From Candidatus Nomurabacteria bacterium UBA5155 (GTDB taxonomy: Bacteria; Patescibacteriota; Minisyncoccia; Phycocordibacterales; UBA9973): DNA of 64,000 nucleotides. The notes beneath the pieces were generated by a model. It ran no database searches and was not told where the DNA came from. It saw only the letters and a list, made by a program, of their open reading frames with translations. Numbering within the stretch: position 1 is the stretch's first letter; every line of letters begins with the position of its first letter. Location of the stretch: NCBI GenBank assembly GCA_002413705.1, contig DHXN01000011.1:162-64161 (forward strand), given 5' to 3'. Both the position numbers and the translations under genes were made by a program. Of the stretch, positions 49,185-59,920 are shown piece after piece.

Positions 49185-50252
49185 TTATTTACTGATGATC
49201 ACTAGTACCACACCAATAATAGCGGACATAATTGAAACGACCCAATATCGCATCACCACTTTTTCTTTAGACCATCCCATGGCGCGGAAATGATGATGCA
49301 GTGGCGCGATTTTAAACACGCGTCGTTTGCCGCAGTATTTATAACTTGTTACTTGTAAAATGACTGAGGCTGTTGTTGCTGTCAGTGGCAGTGCAATGAT
49401 CGGCAGCAAAAGTACGGTGTTGGTAAGAAACGCAATAACCGTCAGTACCAATGTTAGTCCCAACATACCGGTTTCTCCCATATAAAAACGTGCCGGCGGA
49501 ATATTAAACCAAAGAAATGCCAGTATTGCTCCAGAGATAACACCAGATAGTGCCGCAATATCTATTTGATGTTGCACAGCACCAATGACTGCATAGGCGG
49601 CAAAGACGATTGACAGCACTCCACCAGCCAGTCCATCCAGGCCATCGATCACTGAAGTGGAAAATACTCCTAAAAGTACCAGTATGAAAAAAGGAATGAA
49701 AAATACTTTCAAGTTGAAGAGTGAGTGAACAAATGGAATCGAAATGCCACTCACTCCCAGTTTGAAATAAAACCATGAACCAACAGCAATACCGATAATA
49801 ACGACCATAGCAATTTTCACCCAGCGATTACCCAATACATCACTGGATTTGTTGCCGATACCTCCTTTAACTTGAATTAAATCGTCGGCCAGTCCAATCC
49901 ATGATCCCAGCAACAGTGCTGCCAACGGCACCAATGTTTGATTCTTGCTAAAAAAGTCGAGCTTGGCAGACAGATCAGAAGGAACTATTTTAGAAATAAT
50001 CCAAATCAATGAAATACAAATCAAGACAGAGAGCCAAATGATTACACCTCCGACACGGGGTGTAGCGATTTCGGCAGCACCGTCATGTACACCGGCAAAG
50101 TGTGTGTTGGTGATGTCAGACTCTTGCGCGCGATTGTTTTTCTTCCACAGTTTGTGTTTGTACATGATATTGGTCAATGTCGGCGTAATCAAAATACCGA
50201 TGATGAACACCAATGTTGTGGGCAAGAAAATTTTGATGGCGTCGAGTAACAT
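49185..50252 (-). CDS. mraY: Phospho-N-acetylmuramoyl-pentapeptide transferase
   Basis: KIAPLHHHF motif; start moved to MLLDAIK. Confidence 0.9.
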   Translation of the reverse strand: MLLDAIKIFLPTTLVFIIGILITPTLTNIMYKHKLWKKNNRAQESDITNTHFAGVHDGAAEIATPRVGGVIIWLSVLICISLIWIISKIVPSDLSAKLDFFSKNQTLVPLAALLLGSWIGLADDLIQVKGGIGNKSSDVLGNRWVKIAMVVIIGIAVGSWFYFKLGVSGISIPFVHSLFNLKVFFIPFFILVLLGVFSTSVIDGLDGLAGGVLSIVFAAYAVIGAVQHQIDIAALSGVISGAILAFLWFNIPPARFYMGETGMLGLTLVLTVIAFLTNTVLLLPIIALPLTATTASVILQVTSYKYCGKRRVFKIAPLHHHFRAMGWSKEKVVMRYWVVSIMSAIIGVVLVIISK

Positions 50253-50253
50253 A

Positions 50254-50787
50254 CTATTGTTCGTCTTGTTGAGCCAGTAATGATGCAATCTTTTGTTTTG
50301 TTTCTGTGTATTGCGGTAGTTGCTCCACATCTGCCACGCCGTATGATTCAAGCAACGCCAGTGTTGGGTGATATGCAACAGAGCGACCATTGTATTTGAT
50401 CTCAATCAATCCGCGAATTTGCAATGCGCGAAGCGAATATGAAGCATTGACGCCACGCACCAATTCTATCTCTGCCTTGGTCGCACCTGGCTTGTACACA
50501 ATCACCGCCAATGTTTCAGCGCTGGCTTTGCTCAAATCTTTTTGCAATTCTTCCTTGCGTAATGTTTCCAATAGTTGCGCATGTTCTGGTCGTGTTGCAA
50601 GTGTCACTCTGTCACCTTGTCGCACCAGCATCATTGCATGATCGCTAAGCGATTCAGCCAGCATGCTCAATGCATTTTCAATTTCTTCATTCGAAACATT
50701 GGCGAGCTTTGCCAGCACTGCCACAGAATATTCTTCAGCTGTTGCAAAAAGAATACTTTCAATTGTTTGTGAGAGTGAATTATTCAT
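50254..50787 (-). CDS. scpB: Segregation and condensation protein B
   Basis: Tandem winged-helix pattern, SILFATAEE N-terminus. Confidence 0.85.
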   Translation of the reverse strand: MNNSLSQTIESILFATAEEYSVAVLAKLANVSNEEIENALSMLAESLSDHAMMLVRQGDRVTLATRPEHAQLLETLRKEELQKDLSKASAETLAVIVYKPGATKAEIELVRGVNASYSLRALQIRGLIEIKYNGRSVAYHPTLALLESYGVADVEQLPQYTETKQKIASLLAQQDEQ

Positions 50788-51529
50788 GTATAGTCTCTGT
50801 CGTATTATTTTTTTGAAGCGTGATATCTTCAAACAATTCACTTTGCTCCGCTGCAATCAGTCCGCGACGTACTAGCTCTAGCATACCAAGAAATGACACG
50901 ATAGTGTAGACCTTCTGGCTATGGTCATCTATATCGGGTGATGCCACACGAATTGCGTTAAAGCTGGTCGACATGGCACGTTCGATGCGTTCTTGCAGCG
51001 TGTTCAAGATTTCTGACATTGAAATTGTCTTGAACACACACGCCTCTGGTTTCTTTGCAACTGGCGGCGGCACTCGGCGTTGCATATCAGCGATCAATTC
51101 CGGAAGTTGATCAAGCGTCAGTTTTTCATCGGGCGCAAACACTACACCACTGAGTCGTCGCACGCCCTCAAACGATACTTTCTTATTATATTGTTTTATC
51201 AAATCCAACGAGACATGGCTGATGATTTGATACAATGCCACGCGTCGCTCCAGATCAGTGATTGACTCAGTTTCCTCTGGGCTAAGTTCAAGATTTGGCA
51301 ATAGTGATCGTGCTTTAATCAAGATCAATGTTGCTGCAACGGCTAAAAAGTTTGCTGTCTCCCCCGCCTGCATACCGACACTTTGCATGTACTGAATAAA
51401 ATCATCCGTCACTGCCGCCAATGACACATCATTTACAAACAATTTTCGTTTTTCAATCAGCTCAAGCAGGACCTCTACCGGTCCTTCAAACACTTCTTGT
51501 TTTACTTTGAAAATTGTTTCGGTTTCCAC
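50780..51529 (-). CDS. scpA: Segregation and condensation protein A
   Basis: FEGPVEVLLELIEKRKL N-terminus. Confidence 0.85.
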   Translation of the reverse strand: METETIFKVKQEVFEGPVEVLLELIEKRKLFVNDVSLAAVTDDFIQYMQSVGMQAGETANFLAVAATLILIKARSLLPNLELSPEETESITDLERRVALYQIISHVSLDLIKQYNKKVSFEGVRRLSGVVFAPDEKLTLDQLPELIADMQRRVPPPVAKKPEACVFKTISMSEILNTLQERIERAMSTSFNAIRVASPDIDDHSQKVYTIVSFLGMLELVRRGLIAAEQSELFEDITLQKNNTTETIHE

Positions 51530-51540
51530 ACTTATCTATG

Positions 51541-52965
51541 TTATTGCTTAGGTTTCTTTACTACGATATGCAGTTCTTCTACTTGCTTGTCACTAATAGT
51601 TGACGGCGCATTCATCATCGGATCGCGTCCTTCGCCTGTTTTTGGAAATGCCATCACTTCACGAATATTAGCTTCATCCAAAAGCAACATCATCAGACGA
51701 TCAAAACCCCAGGCAATGCCGCCGTGCGGAGGTGTGCCAACTTTGAATGCTTGCAACATGTGACCAAAATCTGACTCGATAGTTTCAATACTATGTCCCA
51801 ACAATTCAAATACTTTTGAAAGCGCTTCAAATGAGTGATTACGAATAGAACCGCCGCCAATTTCAAAACCGTTCAAGCAAATATCGTACTGAGTGGTGAG
51901 AATATCTCCAACATTTTCTTTATTCATCAAAGATTCCATATGTTCCTCAATCGGCCGTGAGAATGGGTTGTGCGTGTATGTCCATTCGCCCTGCGCATCA
52001 GGATTGTCACTCTTGCTCGTTGATTCAAAAAATGGAAAGTCCACTACCCAACAAAATGCCAGTAGGTCTGCATCATTTTTATCTTCACGAATGTCAGGAC
52101 GGTCATTGTCATACTGTTCCATTGCGTCCTTGTATGAAATGCGCGGAAACGGCATTTGCTGAATACGTTTGTGAGGGAAAAGCTGCTGCACGATTGCAAT
52201 CAGCAGCTTTTCATTGAGCTGCATCACTGCTTCACGATCGACAAAACTCATCTCCATATCGAGCTGTGTGAATTCCGGCTGGCGATCGCCGCGACCGTCT
52301 TCATCGCGCATGCATTTTGCAAATTGAAAATAGCGCTCAATGCCGGCAGTCATCAAAAGTTGTTTGTATTGCTGTGGAGATTGCGGGAGCGCATAAAAAT
52401 TTCCCGGATACAACCGTGAAGGAACCACATAGTCGCGCGCGCCTTCAGGTGTGGACTTGGTCAGGATCGGCGTTTCTACTTCGATAAATTTTTCATCATG
52501 CAAATAGTCACGAATAAATTTTTGTACCTGATCGCGCTTGCGCATGTTGCGCTGCATGCGAGCACTGCGAAGATCAAGATAGCGATGCTTCAGGCGAGTT
52601 TCTTCATTGATTTCTTTCGTGTCGGTATTGACTTCAAACGGTAACACTTCTGCTTTGTTCAAAATTGTCAGACCAGTGATTTCAAATTCAATATCACCGT
52701 TTTGCTTGTCGGTTTGCACATTGCGCTCTGGTCGCTTGTTGATAATACCGACAACTTCAACCACTGTTTCTGCGCGAGCGTCTTTTACCGCTTCAGCCAT
52801 TTCAGCCGCACGGTTTGGCAGGATTACTCCCTGGATATAGCCGGTCATGTCGCGAAAATCAAAAAACACCAACTTGCCCTGATCTCGACGAACATCAATC
52901 CACCCTTTGCATAAAATAGTTTCCCCTACATGCGCTCCCGCGTCTTCAATATATGTTCGTTCCAT
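51541..52965 (-). CDS. aspS: Aspartate--tRNA ligase (short, no GAD insertion; likely non-discriminating)
   Basis: Class II motifs; FYALPQSPQQYKQLLM, FAKCMRDED, QLDMEMSF. Confidence 0.9.
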   Translation of the reverse strand: MERTYIEDAGAHVGETILCKGWIDVRRDQGKLVFFDFRDMTGYIQGVILPNRAAEMAEAVKDARAETVVEVVGIINKRPERNVQTDKQNGDIEFEITGLTILNKAEVLPFEVNTDTKEINEETRLKHRYLDLRSARMQRNMRKRDQVQKFIRDYLHDEKFIEVETPILTKSTPEGARDYVVPSRLYPGNFYALPQSPQQYKQLLMTAGIERYFQFAKCMRDEDGRGDRQPEFTQLDMEMSFVDREAVMQLNEKLLIAIVQQLFPHKRIQQMPFPRISYKDAMEQYDNDRPDIREDKNDADLLAFCWVVDFPFFESTSKSDNPDAQGEWTYTHNPFSRPIEEHMESLMNKENVGDILTTQYDICLNGFEIGGGSIRNHSFEALSKVFELLGHSIETIESDFGHMLQAFKVGTPPHGGIAWGFDRLMMLLLDEANIREVMAFPKTGEGRDPMMNAPSTISDKQVEELHIVVKKPKQ

Positions 52966-52993
52966 AATCCATCCATTCTACCCGAAAAAAGGT

Positions 52994-53027
52994 AATAAAA
53001 AAAGCCCTGTCACATAGACAGGGCTTT
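52994..53027 (-). terminator. Intrinsic terminator after ABC exporter gene
   Basis: agccctgtc-tatgt-gacagggct + T-run on minus strand. Confidence 0.65.
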
Positions 53028-53035
53028 AGAATAAT

Positions 53036-54769
53036 TTAATGAGCAAACTGATGCTGAACTAATTCCGAGTATATACCGTCATGTTGCATTAATGCCTCAT
53101 GAGGACCATCTTCGGTAATCTTTCCATTATTCAAAACAATAATACGGTCACAGTGACGAACTGTGGCTAAACGGTGAGCGATGATGATCACAGTTCTCCC
53201 TTCCAGGTGATTTTGTAAAATGTCCTGGATATGAGTTTCTGTGATAGCATCGAGCGAACTAGTTGCTTCATCTAAGATGATGATTTTTGCCTCAATGAGC
53301 AATGCTCTGGCAATAGCGACACGTTGCCGCTGTCCACCAGAAAGCTTGATTCCCCGTTCACCAACGACTGTGTGATAGCCATTACTGAGAGACATGATTT
53401 CATCATGAATCTTAGCTTTTTTGGCTACAACAATGATTTCGTCAAGTGTTGTATCTTCCTTTCCATACGCAATATTTTCAAATATTGTTCGATGGAGTAG
53501 TGATACATCTTGTGGAACGATGGCAATTTGCCTGCGCAAAGAATCGTGTGCCATATCGGCAATGTCAGTTCCGCCGATTTCGATGATACCGCCAATCGGG
53601 TCTCGCAACTTCATGAGCATGGCAATCAAGGTTGATTTGCCAGCGCCAGTACTTCCCACCACACCAACATGTTGACCATGCTCGATGGTGAGATTCAGAC
53701 TGTCAAAAACATTCTTGCCAATAGAATAACTAAAGGTAAGGTTCTTGATCACGACTGAGCCGTCCATAATGTTTTGCTCTTCATAAATTTCTGCCATATC
53801 AACCTCGGGAATCTTTTCAAAGATCTCCACCATTTCGTAGGCATCGGTATTGTATTTTGTGAATCTCACAAATGTCCTGCCGACTTCCCACATAGTGTTA
53901 GAAATAATTTTCATGTACAGATACACGAGTGCGACATCCGCCACAATCATTTTACCTTTTGTCCACAGGAAGATTGCAATAAACAAGCTTCCCAGTTCAA
54001 GTGATACGGTAAGTACTCCTTGAATGGCATTTTGGAAATTACTCCATAACCATGAGCGCATTTGCGCGCCGGCATACAGTTTACTCTGATCATGGAAGTG
54101 GGCGATTTCCTTCTTGCGCTGTCCGAAGATCAATACCGTAATTGCATTACTGATAATGTCTGCGGTCACTGCTGTTAGTTCTGAACTCAGTTGAGCCTCC
54201 TTGGAATCAACAGGTATTCTGATTTTTGCCATTCTCATGCTAATAAAAACATAAATAACAGCCCATCCTAATAACATTGATCCCAATAGTGGAGATTTTG
54301 AGAACAGTACAAACGCAATGCCGACCACCTGAACGATCGAGAACAAAAATGTGTACGCCATGCTATCAAACATACCTTCAAAACTTTTTACAAAACGATT
54401 CATGCGGGCAATTAGTGCTCCCGAGTGATTGTTGGCAAAAAAGTAATGCGGCTGAGTAATAATGGTTTCGAGTGCTTTCTGTTGCAAAGCCACCATTGAC
54501 CGATTTTCAAAGGTGATCATAAAATAATCACCCAATCGATACAATATTTGCGAAACAACAACAGCACCCAGTAACCACCAGAACTCGCCTAAGATGTTCA
54601 TATCTTTCTTGGCCATTAGTGCCAGAAGTGAGGCTACAAACATTGGAGCCAGCACGTTTTGAATAAAGGTTGCAGAAGCGTAAGAAGTAATAGTTGCAAG
54701 TGCCCATCGTTGATGGGATCTTGTGTGTTTGCGATATATCGCAAACACTTTCCGTAAATTTTTGACCAT
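53036..54769 (-). CDS. ABC transporter, fused permease/ATP-binding
   Basis: LSGGQRQRVAIARAL, Walker A GSTGAGKST. Confidence 0.9.
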   Translation of the reverse strand: MVKNLRKVFAIYRKHTRSHQRWALATITSYASATFIQNVLAPMFVASLLALMAKKDMNILGEFWWLLGAVVVSQILYRLGDYFMITFENRSMVALQQKALETIITQPHYFFANNHSGALIARMNRFVKSFEGMFDSMAYTFLFSIVQVVGIAFVLFSKSPLLGSMLLGWAVIYVFISMRMAKIRIPVDSKEAQLSSELTAVTADIISNAITVLIFGQRKKEIAHFHDQSKLYAGAQMRSWLWSNFQNAIQGVLTVSLELGSLFIAIFLWTKGKMIVADVALVYLYMKIISNTMWEVGRTFVRFTKYNTDAYEMVEIFEKIPEVDMAEIYEEQNIMDGSVVIKNLTFSYSIGKNVFDSLNLTIEHGQHVGVVGSTGAGKSTLIAMLMKLRDPIGGIIEIGGTDIADMAHDSLRRQIAIVPQDVSLLHRTIFENIAYGKEDTTLDEIIVVAKKAKIHDEIMSLSNGYHTVVGERGIKLSGGQRQRVAIARALLIEAKIIILDEATSSLDAITETHIQDILQNHLEGRTVIIIAHRLATVRHCDRIIVLNNGKITEDGPHEALMQHDGIYSELVQHQFAH

Positions 54770-54896
54770 TATTGAGTTGATTAAGTTGTGAAAAACAATT
54801 TTTCTTTATTATAGCACATATTATATAAAAATCAATAACTATTCTTACGAAGTTACTGGCTTAGCACGTCATAGCGAAGATAAGACATATTTAGTT

Positions 54897-55070
54897 ATGT
54901 ATATCCCCCTTTACGACGCTCCGTGGTTACCGCCAGCACAATATTGTGTACGTCCGTTGGAACTGTTTTTTGAAAACGTAGAATACGACGGAAAAATAGT
55001 TCCGCGTTTTGTAAAAATTATTGATGAAGAAATAATTGCAATCCTTATGACATCAAAATCTGATTCTTGA
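54897..55070 (+). CDS. Possible 57-aa small ORF between the two ABC exporter genes
   Basis: ATG-initiated ORF MYIPLYDAPWLPPAQYCVRPLELFF...; overlaps 3-prime end of next ABC gene; tentative. Confidence 0.2.
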   Translation: MYIPLYDAPWLPPAQYCVRPLELFFENVEYDGKIVPRFVKIIDEEIIAILMTSKSDS

Positions 55071-56847
55071 TCAGTTCCTTGTAGTCTTCGGAGTTTTTTT
55101 CAAGCTCCTTGTGCGTGCCGTGTGCTACGATCTTTCCTTTTGCAACAACAAAAATAATGTCCGCATCCATAACTGTCGACAGACGATGTGCAATGATGAT
55201 AGTTGTACGTCCATGAGCGCTACGATTGATTGCATCATGAATAAGTTTTTCATTGATCGAGTCAAGCGCACTGGTAGCCTCATCGAAAATGAGAATCTTT
55301 GGATCTTTGATTAATGCACGTGCAATACCGATGCGCTGGCGTTCACCACCAGACACTTTGATACCACCCTCACCTATCACTGTTTCAAGTCCATGATCTT
55401 TAAGCTTCGTAATAAATTCTGTTAGCGACGCGTCCTCTACAGCTTTCTGCAATTTTTCTTCCGGCACGTCTGCATTCTTAGATAAACCAAATAAGATATT
55501 GTCTTTAATGCTGCGATCAAAGAGGTCGATTTTTTGTTCTACATTTCCAATACGAGAACGCAACCAGTGCAGGTTCATGTCTTTTAAGTTAACATCATCG
55601 ATCAATATTTCACCCTCGGTCGGATCATAAAAACGACGCATCAAGTTCACAATAGTACTCTTGCCAGATCCAGACACCCCGACAAAACCAATTTTTGCTG
55701 CTGCCGGAATAACAAAACTTATCTTGGAGACAGTATGTTCTTCTTTTTTATTCTCAGAAACATCGATTTCTTCTTCCTCTTCTTTTGCAGATTTGCGATA
55801 CGGATATGCAAAGCTTACATTTTTAAATTCAATCTTGCCTTGTAGATCATCTAGTACTATTCCATTTTCATTAATATCGATATCAGATACTATGTCGAAC
55901 ATACTGAACATTTTCTTAATCTCAACCACTTGAAACAGCATTTGCCGCTGAGTGCTCATGATTTGTGACAGATTGTTAAATATTGCACCTGTCCATGAAA
56001 AAAGTGTAACAAACATACCTGCCGTATGCTGTCCAATTAAAATAAGATAGACACCCAACGCGAGTGTGGCGTACTGTCCGGTGACAATAAAAAATTTATG
56101 GAAGTAGTACGGCGTTAGATATGTTAACCATCCGGTAGTAGCAAAATCTGTCACCCCTTCTGCGTAAGTATCAAAATCAGTTATTGTTTTCTCTTCTTGC
56201 CCCTCCGCAATAACCAGTGTGGCATTACGATACAGCTCAGACTGAATCTTTGATTGAGACTGATACTTTTTTCTGATTTGTTCGGCTTTTGGAAAAAATC
56301 TTTTATTTCTTCTTAAAGAGACAAAGATATATATTATGACAAAAAATAATGCTGTGCAGGCTACTCTCCAATCAAAAAATACCAGTACTATTAACGTTAC
56401 TAACACCTGTATTCCCGAGGGCAGAATATTGTACAACATGTTGTACATGAGATTTTGCAAAGAACTCTGTCCTTTACTCACGATACTTTGCTGAACTCCT
56501 GAATGTTCGTTAGTGTGTTGGCCAATGGAATAACCTAGAACTTTATTAATAGAGCTAATAGAAAAAGCTTTCTCTACATGGTCATCTAAATGTTTTAACT
56601 CAATGACTTCTTTAAGCCAGTACAATACCGTTGATTGAAAAAGTGATATAAGAAATGAAATGCCAAGAAAAATAAAAGTAAGACGACTATTCATATGAAT
56701 CACCGCATCTACCCCTTTCCCAAACAAATAAGGAGAAAGTGTACCTATCAACTGAATAAGAATAAGCATTCCTACAATAACGGAAAGGTAAAATCGAAAC
56801 GGCTTAAAAAATGCCAGTACTCTTTTGGTAAATATTTTATTATCCAT
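55045..56847 (-). CDS. ABC transporter, fused permease/ATP-binding
   Basis: VSGGERQRIGIARAL, Walker A GVSGSGKST; acidic insert EEEEEIDVSENKKEE in NBD. Confidence 0.9.
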   Translation of the reverse strand: MDNKIFTKRVLAFFKPFRFYLSVIVGMLILIQLIGTLSPYLFGKGVDAVIHMNSRLTFIFLGISFLISLFQSTVLYWLKEVIELKHLDDHVEKAFSISSINKVLGYSIGQHTNEHSGVQQSIVSKGQSSLQNLMYNMLYNILPSGIQVLVTLIVLVFFDWRVACTALFFVIIYIFVSLRRNKRFFPKAEQIRKKYQSQSKIQSELYRNATLVIAEGQEEKTITDFDTYAEGVTDFATTGWLTYLTPYYFHKFFIVTGQYATLALGVYLILIGQHTAGMFVTLFSWTGAIFNNLSQIMSTQRQMLFQVVEIKKMFSMFDIVSDIDINENGIVLDDLQGKIEFKNVSFAYPYRKSAKEEEEEIDVSENKKEEHTVSKISFVIPAAAKIGFVGVSGSGKSTIVNLMRRFYDPTEGEILIDDVNLKDMNLHWLRSRIGNVEQKIDLFDRSIKDNILFGLSKNADVPEEKLQKAVEDASLTEFITKLKDHGLETVIGEGGIKVSGGERQRIGIARALIKDPKILIFDEATSALDSINEKLIHDAINRSAHGRTTIIIAHRLSTVMDADIIFVVAKGKIVAHGTHKELEKNSEDYKELIKNQILMS

Positions 56848-56849
56848 AG

Positions 56850-57818
56850 TTAAGAAGTTAGTCCCACCGCCTCGTACACATCAAAGACTTTTTTCATGGC
56901 GATGTCGTTGGCTTTGTATGCGCCTTGAATCAAGATATCCTGCACAAGTTTTGGGTTGTTTGCAAAATGTTCACGACGTTCACGCATGGGAGTGACAAAA
57001 GTAATGATATCCTTGATCAATTGTTTTTTTGCATCGCCGTAGCCAAGCCCTTCAGCATACCAGTTTCGTAGTTCGACAGAATCATTAAAATATTTATGGA
57101 TCTGATACAACACCAACTCATCAGGATTTTTCACTTCATTGCGTTCGCGCGAGTCAGTCACAATGGACATCACTGCTTTGGTGATTTCTTCATCAGTCGC
57201 AAACAGTGGAATGGTATTACCGTAGCTCTTGGACATTTTTTGTCCGTCGGTGCCGGGAATGATACCGGTATCTTCGAGAATTAATTCCTTTGGCAGCTTG
57301 AACTGTTCACCATACTGGTGATTAAATTTTTCCGCAATGTCTCGAGCATATTCGACATGTTGTTTTTGGTCTTTGCCAACTGGTACAACATCTGTGTCAT
57401 AGAGCAAAATATCTGAAGCCATCAATACCGGGTAATCAAATGTGCCAGCATTGAGTTCTTTACCTTTCGCTTCTGCATCTTTGTACGCATGGGCGCGCAT
57501 CAAGTACGGCACAGTCACGAGATTATTAAACACCCAGGTCATACTGGCATGAGCGGGTACGTCGGACTGTTTGAACAGTGTCACTTTTTCTGGGTCGAGT
57601 CCGGCACCAAGATAGTCCAAAATTAGGTTGTTGGTGTCTTCAAGCAACTGATCCTTTGTCGGCAAAGTAGTCAATGCGTGCAAATTGGCGATGAAAATAA
57701 ATGTGTCGTGGGTATCTTGCAGGTCAACGAACTGTTTTAAGGCACCAAAATAGTTACCAATATGAATACGACCAGTTGGCTTCATGCCCGAAAATAAACG
57801 AAGTTTTGGGGATTTCAT
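56850..57818 (-). CDS. trpS: Tryptophan--tRNA ligase
   Basis: GMKPTGRIHIGNY (HIGH-type) and KMSKS motifs; start moved to MKSPK. Confidence 0.9.
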   Translation of the reverse strand: MKSPKLRLFSGMKPTGRIHIGNYFGALKQFVDLQDTHDTFIFIANLHALTTLPTKDQLLEDTNNLILDYLGAGLDPEKVTLFKQSDVPAHASMTWVFNNLVTVPYLMRAHAYKDAEAKGKELNAGTFDYPVLMASDILLYDTDVVPVGKDQKQHVEYARDIAEKFNHQYGEQFKLPKELILEDTGIIPGTDGQKMSKSYGNTIPLFATDEEITKAVMSIVTDSRERNEVKNPDELVLYQIHKYFNDSVELRNWYAEGLGYGDAKKQLIKDIITFVTPMRERREHFANNPKLVQDILIQGAYKANDIAMKKVFDVYEAVGLTS

Positions 57819-57870
57819 GTGGATATCATAGCAAAAAATAAGGTTTTTCTCAAGAAGTAATAGTGCTACA

Positions 57871-59262
57871 ATGACACCAATGGCAACTCCTATGGCAAAG
57901 CAAACACTTCGCATCCCTCCTCATGATCTTGAGGCTGAGCAGGCAGTACTTGGCGCGCTGATGCTGCGACCGGCGGCGATCCACGATATTGTCGACATGC
58001 TTATCCCGGAAATGTTTTATGCTAAAAAACATGCCATCCTCTACAAAACCGTCACCGAACTGTCTTTGAAGAATGAACCAATCGACGTATTGTCTGTGGC
58101 AGCAAAACTGAAGGAAAAAAAATCGCTCGATGAAATCGGCGGCAATGCCTATCTCAATGAACTGATGGGCAATGTGCCTTCAACCGTCAATATTCGCCAC
58201 TATGCTGAAATCGTCTACAAAAAATACGTGCTCCGATCATTGATCGACGCTTCAGAAAATATCGCGACTATAGCGTACGACCAAAATGAAATGGATGTTG
58301 CCGATATTCTTGATACTGCCGAGAAAAGTATTTTTCGTATTTCATCCGGCATGAACGTGAAGCATGCGTTCGTTTCTATCAAGTCTTCGTTGATTGAAAC
58401 AATGGAACAAACGATTCGCTTGAGTGAAAACAAAGACGAGCTTCGCGGTGTGCCAACAGGCTATGCCGACCTCGATGCGATCACTGCCGGTCTACAAAAC
58501 TCTGACCTGATCATTTTGGCTGCTCGTCCAAGTATGGGTAAGACAACATTTGCGCTTGATATGGCGCGCAACGTTGCGCTGTCCGGAATTCCGGTGGGAA
58601 TTTTTTCATTGGAAATGAGTGCGCAGCAACTGGTGCAACGCATGCTTTCTGCTGAAAGTCGTGTCGATGCTTGGAGTATTCGTACCGGTCACGGCCTGTC
58701 TGCTCAGCACTTCACCGCTCTGCAAGAAGCAGCCAGCCGCCTGCAAAAAGCCCCTATTTATATTGATGATCAAGCCGGCAACTCTATCGTGAAAATGCGT
58801 GCTGTTGCACGACGTTTGAAAAGCGAACACGGTTTGGGACTGATCGTCATCGATTATCTCCAGCTTATGACAACCAGCAAGAACTACGACAACATGGTGA
58901 ATCAAGTGACAGAAATTTCTCGTTCATTGAAACAGCTGGCTCGCGAACTTGATGTGCCGGTACTGGCACTGTCACAGCTTTCTCGTGCAGTGGAAGCTCG
59001 CGGCGGTCGCCCTCGCCTTTCCGACCTGCGTGACTCTGGCTCCATCGAGCAAGACGCAGACTTGGTAATGTTTATTCACCGCGAAGACCGCTACAAAGAA
59101 CAACATGAAAAAGATAATATCACTGAAATTTTGATTGAAAAACACCGTAACGGTGCTGTCGGTATGATACAACTGATGTTCGACGGCAAGACAACTTCAT
59201 TCTTGAACATGGATAAAGCTCACATGCCCGTTGCCAAAGCCGCTTCTCTTGACGACTTTTAA
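57871..59262 (+). CDS. dnaB: Replicative DNA helicase DnaB
   Basis: N-terminal DnaB domain (EAEQAVLGALM), Walker A ARPSMGKTTFAL, RecA-like fold. Confidence 0.9.
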   Translation: MTPMATPMAKQTLRIPPHDLEAEQAVLGALMLRPAAIHDIVDMLIPEMFYAKKHAILYKTVTELSLKNEPIDVLSVAAKLKEKKSLDEIGGNAYLNELMGNVPSTVNIRHYAEIVYKKYVLRSLIDASENIATIAYDQNEMDVADILDTAEKSIFRISSGMNVKHAFVSIKSSLIETMEQTIRLSENKDELRGVPTGYADLDAITAGLQNSDLIILAARPSMGKTTFALDMARNVALSGIPVGIFSLEMSAQQLVQRMLSAESRVDAWSIRTGHGLSAQHFTALQEAASRLQKAPIYIDDQAGNSIVKMRAVARRLKSEHGLGLIVIDYLQLMTTSKNYDNMVNQVTEISRSLKQLARELDVPVLALSQLSRAVEARGGRPRLSDLRDSGSIEQDADLVMFIHREDRYKEQHEKDNITEILIEKHRNGAVGMIQLMFDGKTTSFLNMDKAHMPVAKAASLDDF

Positions 59263-59265
59263 TAT

Positions 59266-59883
59266 ATGAACGATTCTGTTGACCGTCTGACAAAACTTTT
59301 TTTGAAATTTCCCGGTATTGGCGAACGACAAGCTCGCCGTTTTGCTTATTTTATTTTAACACAACAAGAAAGTTATGTGGACAATCTTGCACGCGCACTT
59401 GTTGCTGCTCGTGCTCATGCTTACATCTGCCCTCGCTGTCTGAGAATTTTTGAAGGTCTCTCTGAAACTTCTGCCGGCATATGCGGTATTTGCAGTGACG
59501 ATCGCCGCGATCAGGACAGTGTCTTGGTCTTGGAAAAAAGTCAGGATATCGAAAGTTTTTCTCGCACTGAATACAACGGTATTTTCTTTGTGTTGGGTGG
59601 ACTTATTCCTATCGTGCAAAAAGATATCATTCAGGGCACCAATGCTCAAAAGTTGATTGACCGTGTCAATAAAGAAAGTGTTGACGGCACGTTGCAAGAA
59701 ATTATTTTAGCATTTCCTATCACACCAAACGGCGAACATACTGACAGTGCGCTGCGCGAACTACTCGCTCCTGTTCAGCACGGTATCACTATCACCAGTT
59801 TGGGTCGCGGACTGTCCACTGGCGCTGAGCTGGAGTATGCCGATCCTGCATCACTGGATGCTTCACTTAAAAAGCGAGAATAA
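59266..59883 (+). CDS. recR: Recombination protein RecR
   Basis: HhH N-terminus, C4 zinc finger CPRC...CGIC, Toprim. Confidence 0.9.
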   Translation: MNDSVDRLTKLFLKFPGIGERQARRFAYFILTQQESYVDNLARALVAARAHAYICPRCLRIFEGLSETSAGICGICSDDRRDQDSVLVLEKSQDIESFSRTEYNGIFFVLGGLIPIVQKDIIQGTNAQKLIDRVNKESVDGTLQEIILAFPITPNGEHTDSALRELLAPVQHGITITSLGRGLSTGAELEYADPASLDASLKKRE

Positions 59884-59920
59884 AAAAACTCTTTAGAAAA
59901 AATCTAAAGAGTTTTTTTAT
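59882..59920. terminator. Bidirectional intrinsic terminator (recR / rplU)
   Basis: A-run, actctttaga-aaaaa-tctaaagagt, T-run. Confidence 0.7.
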
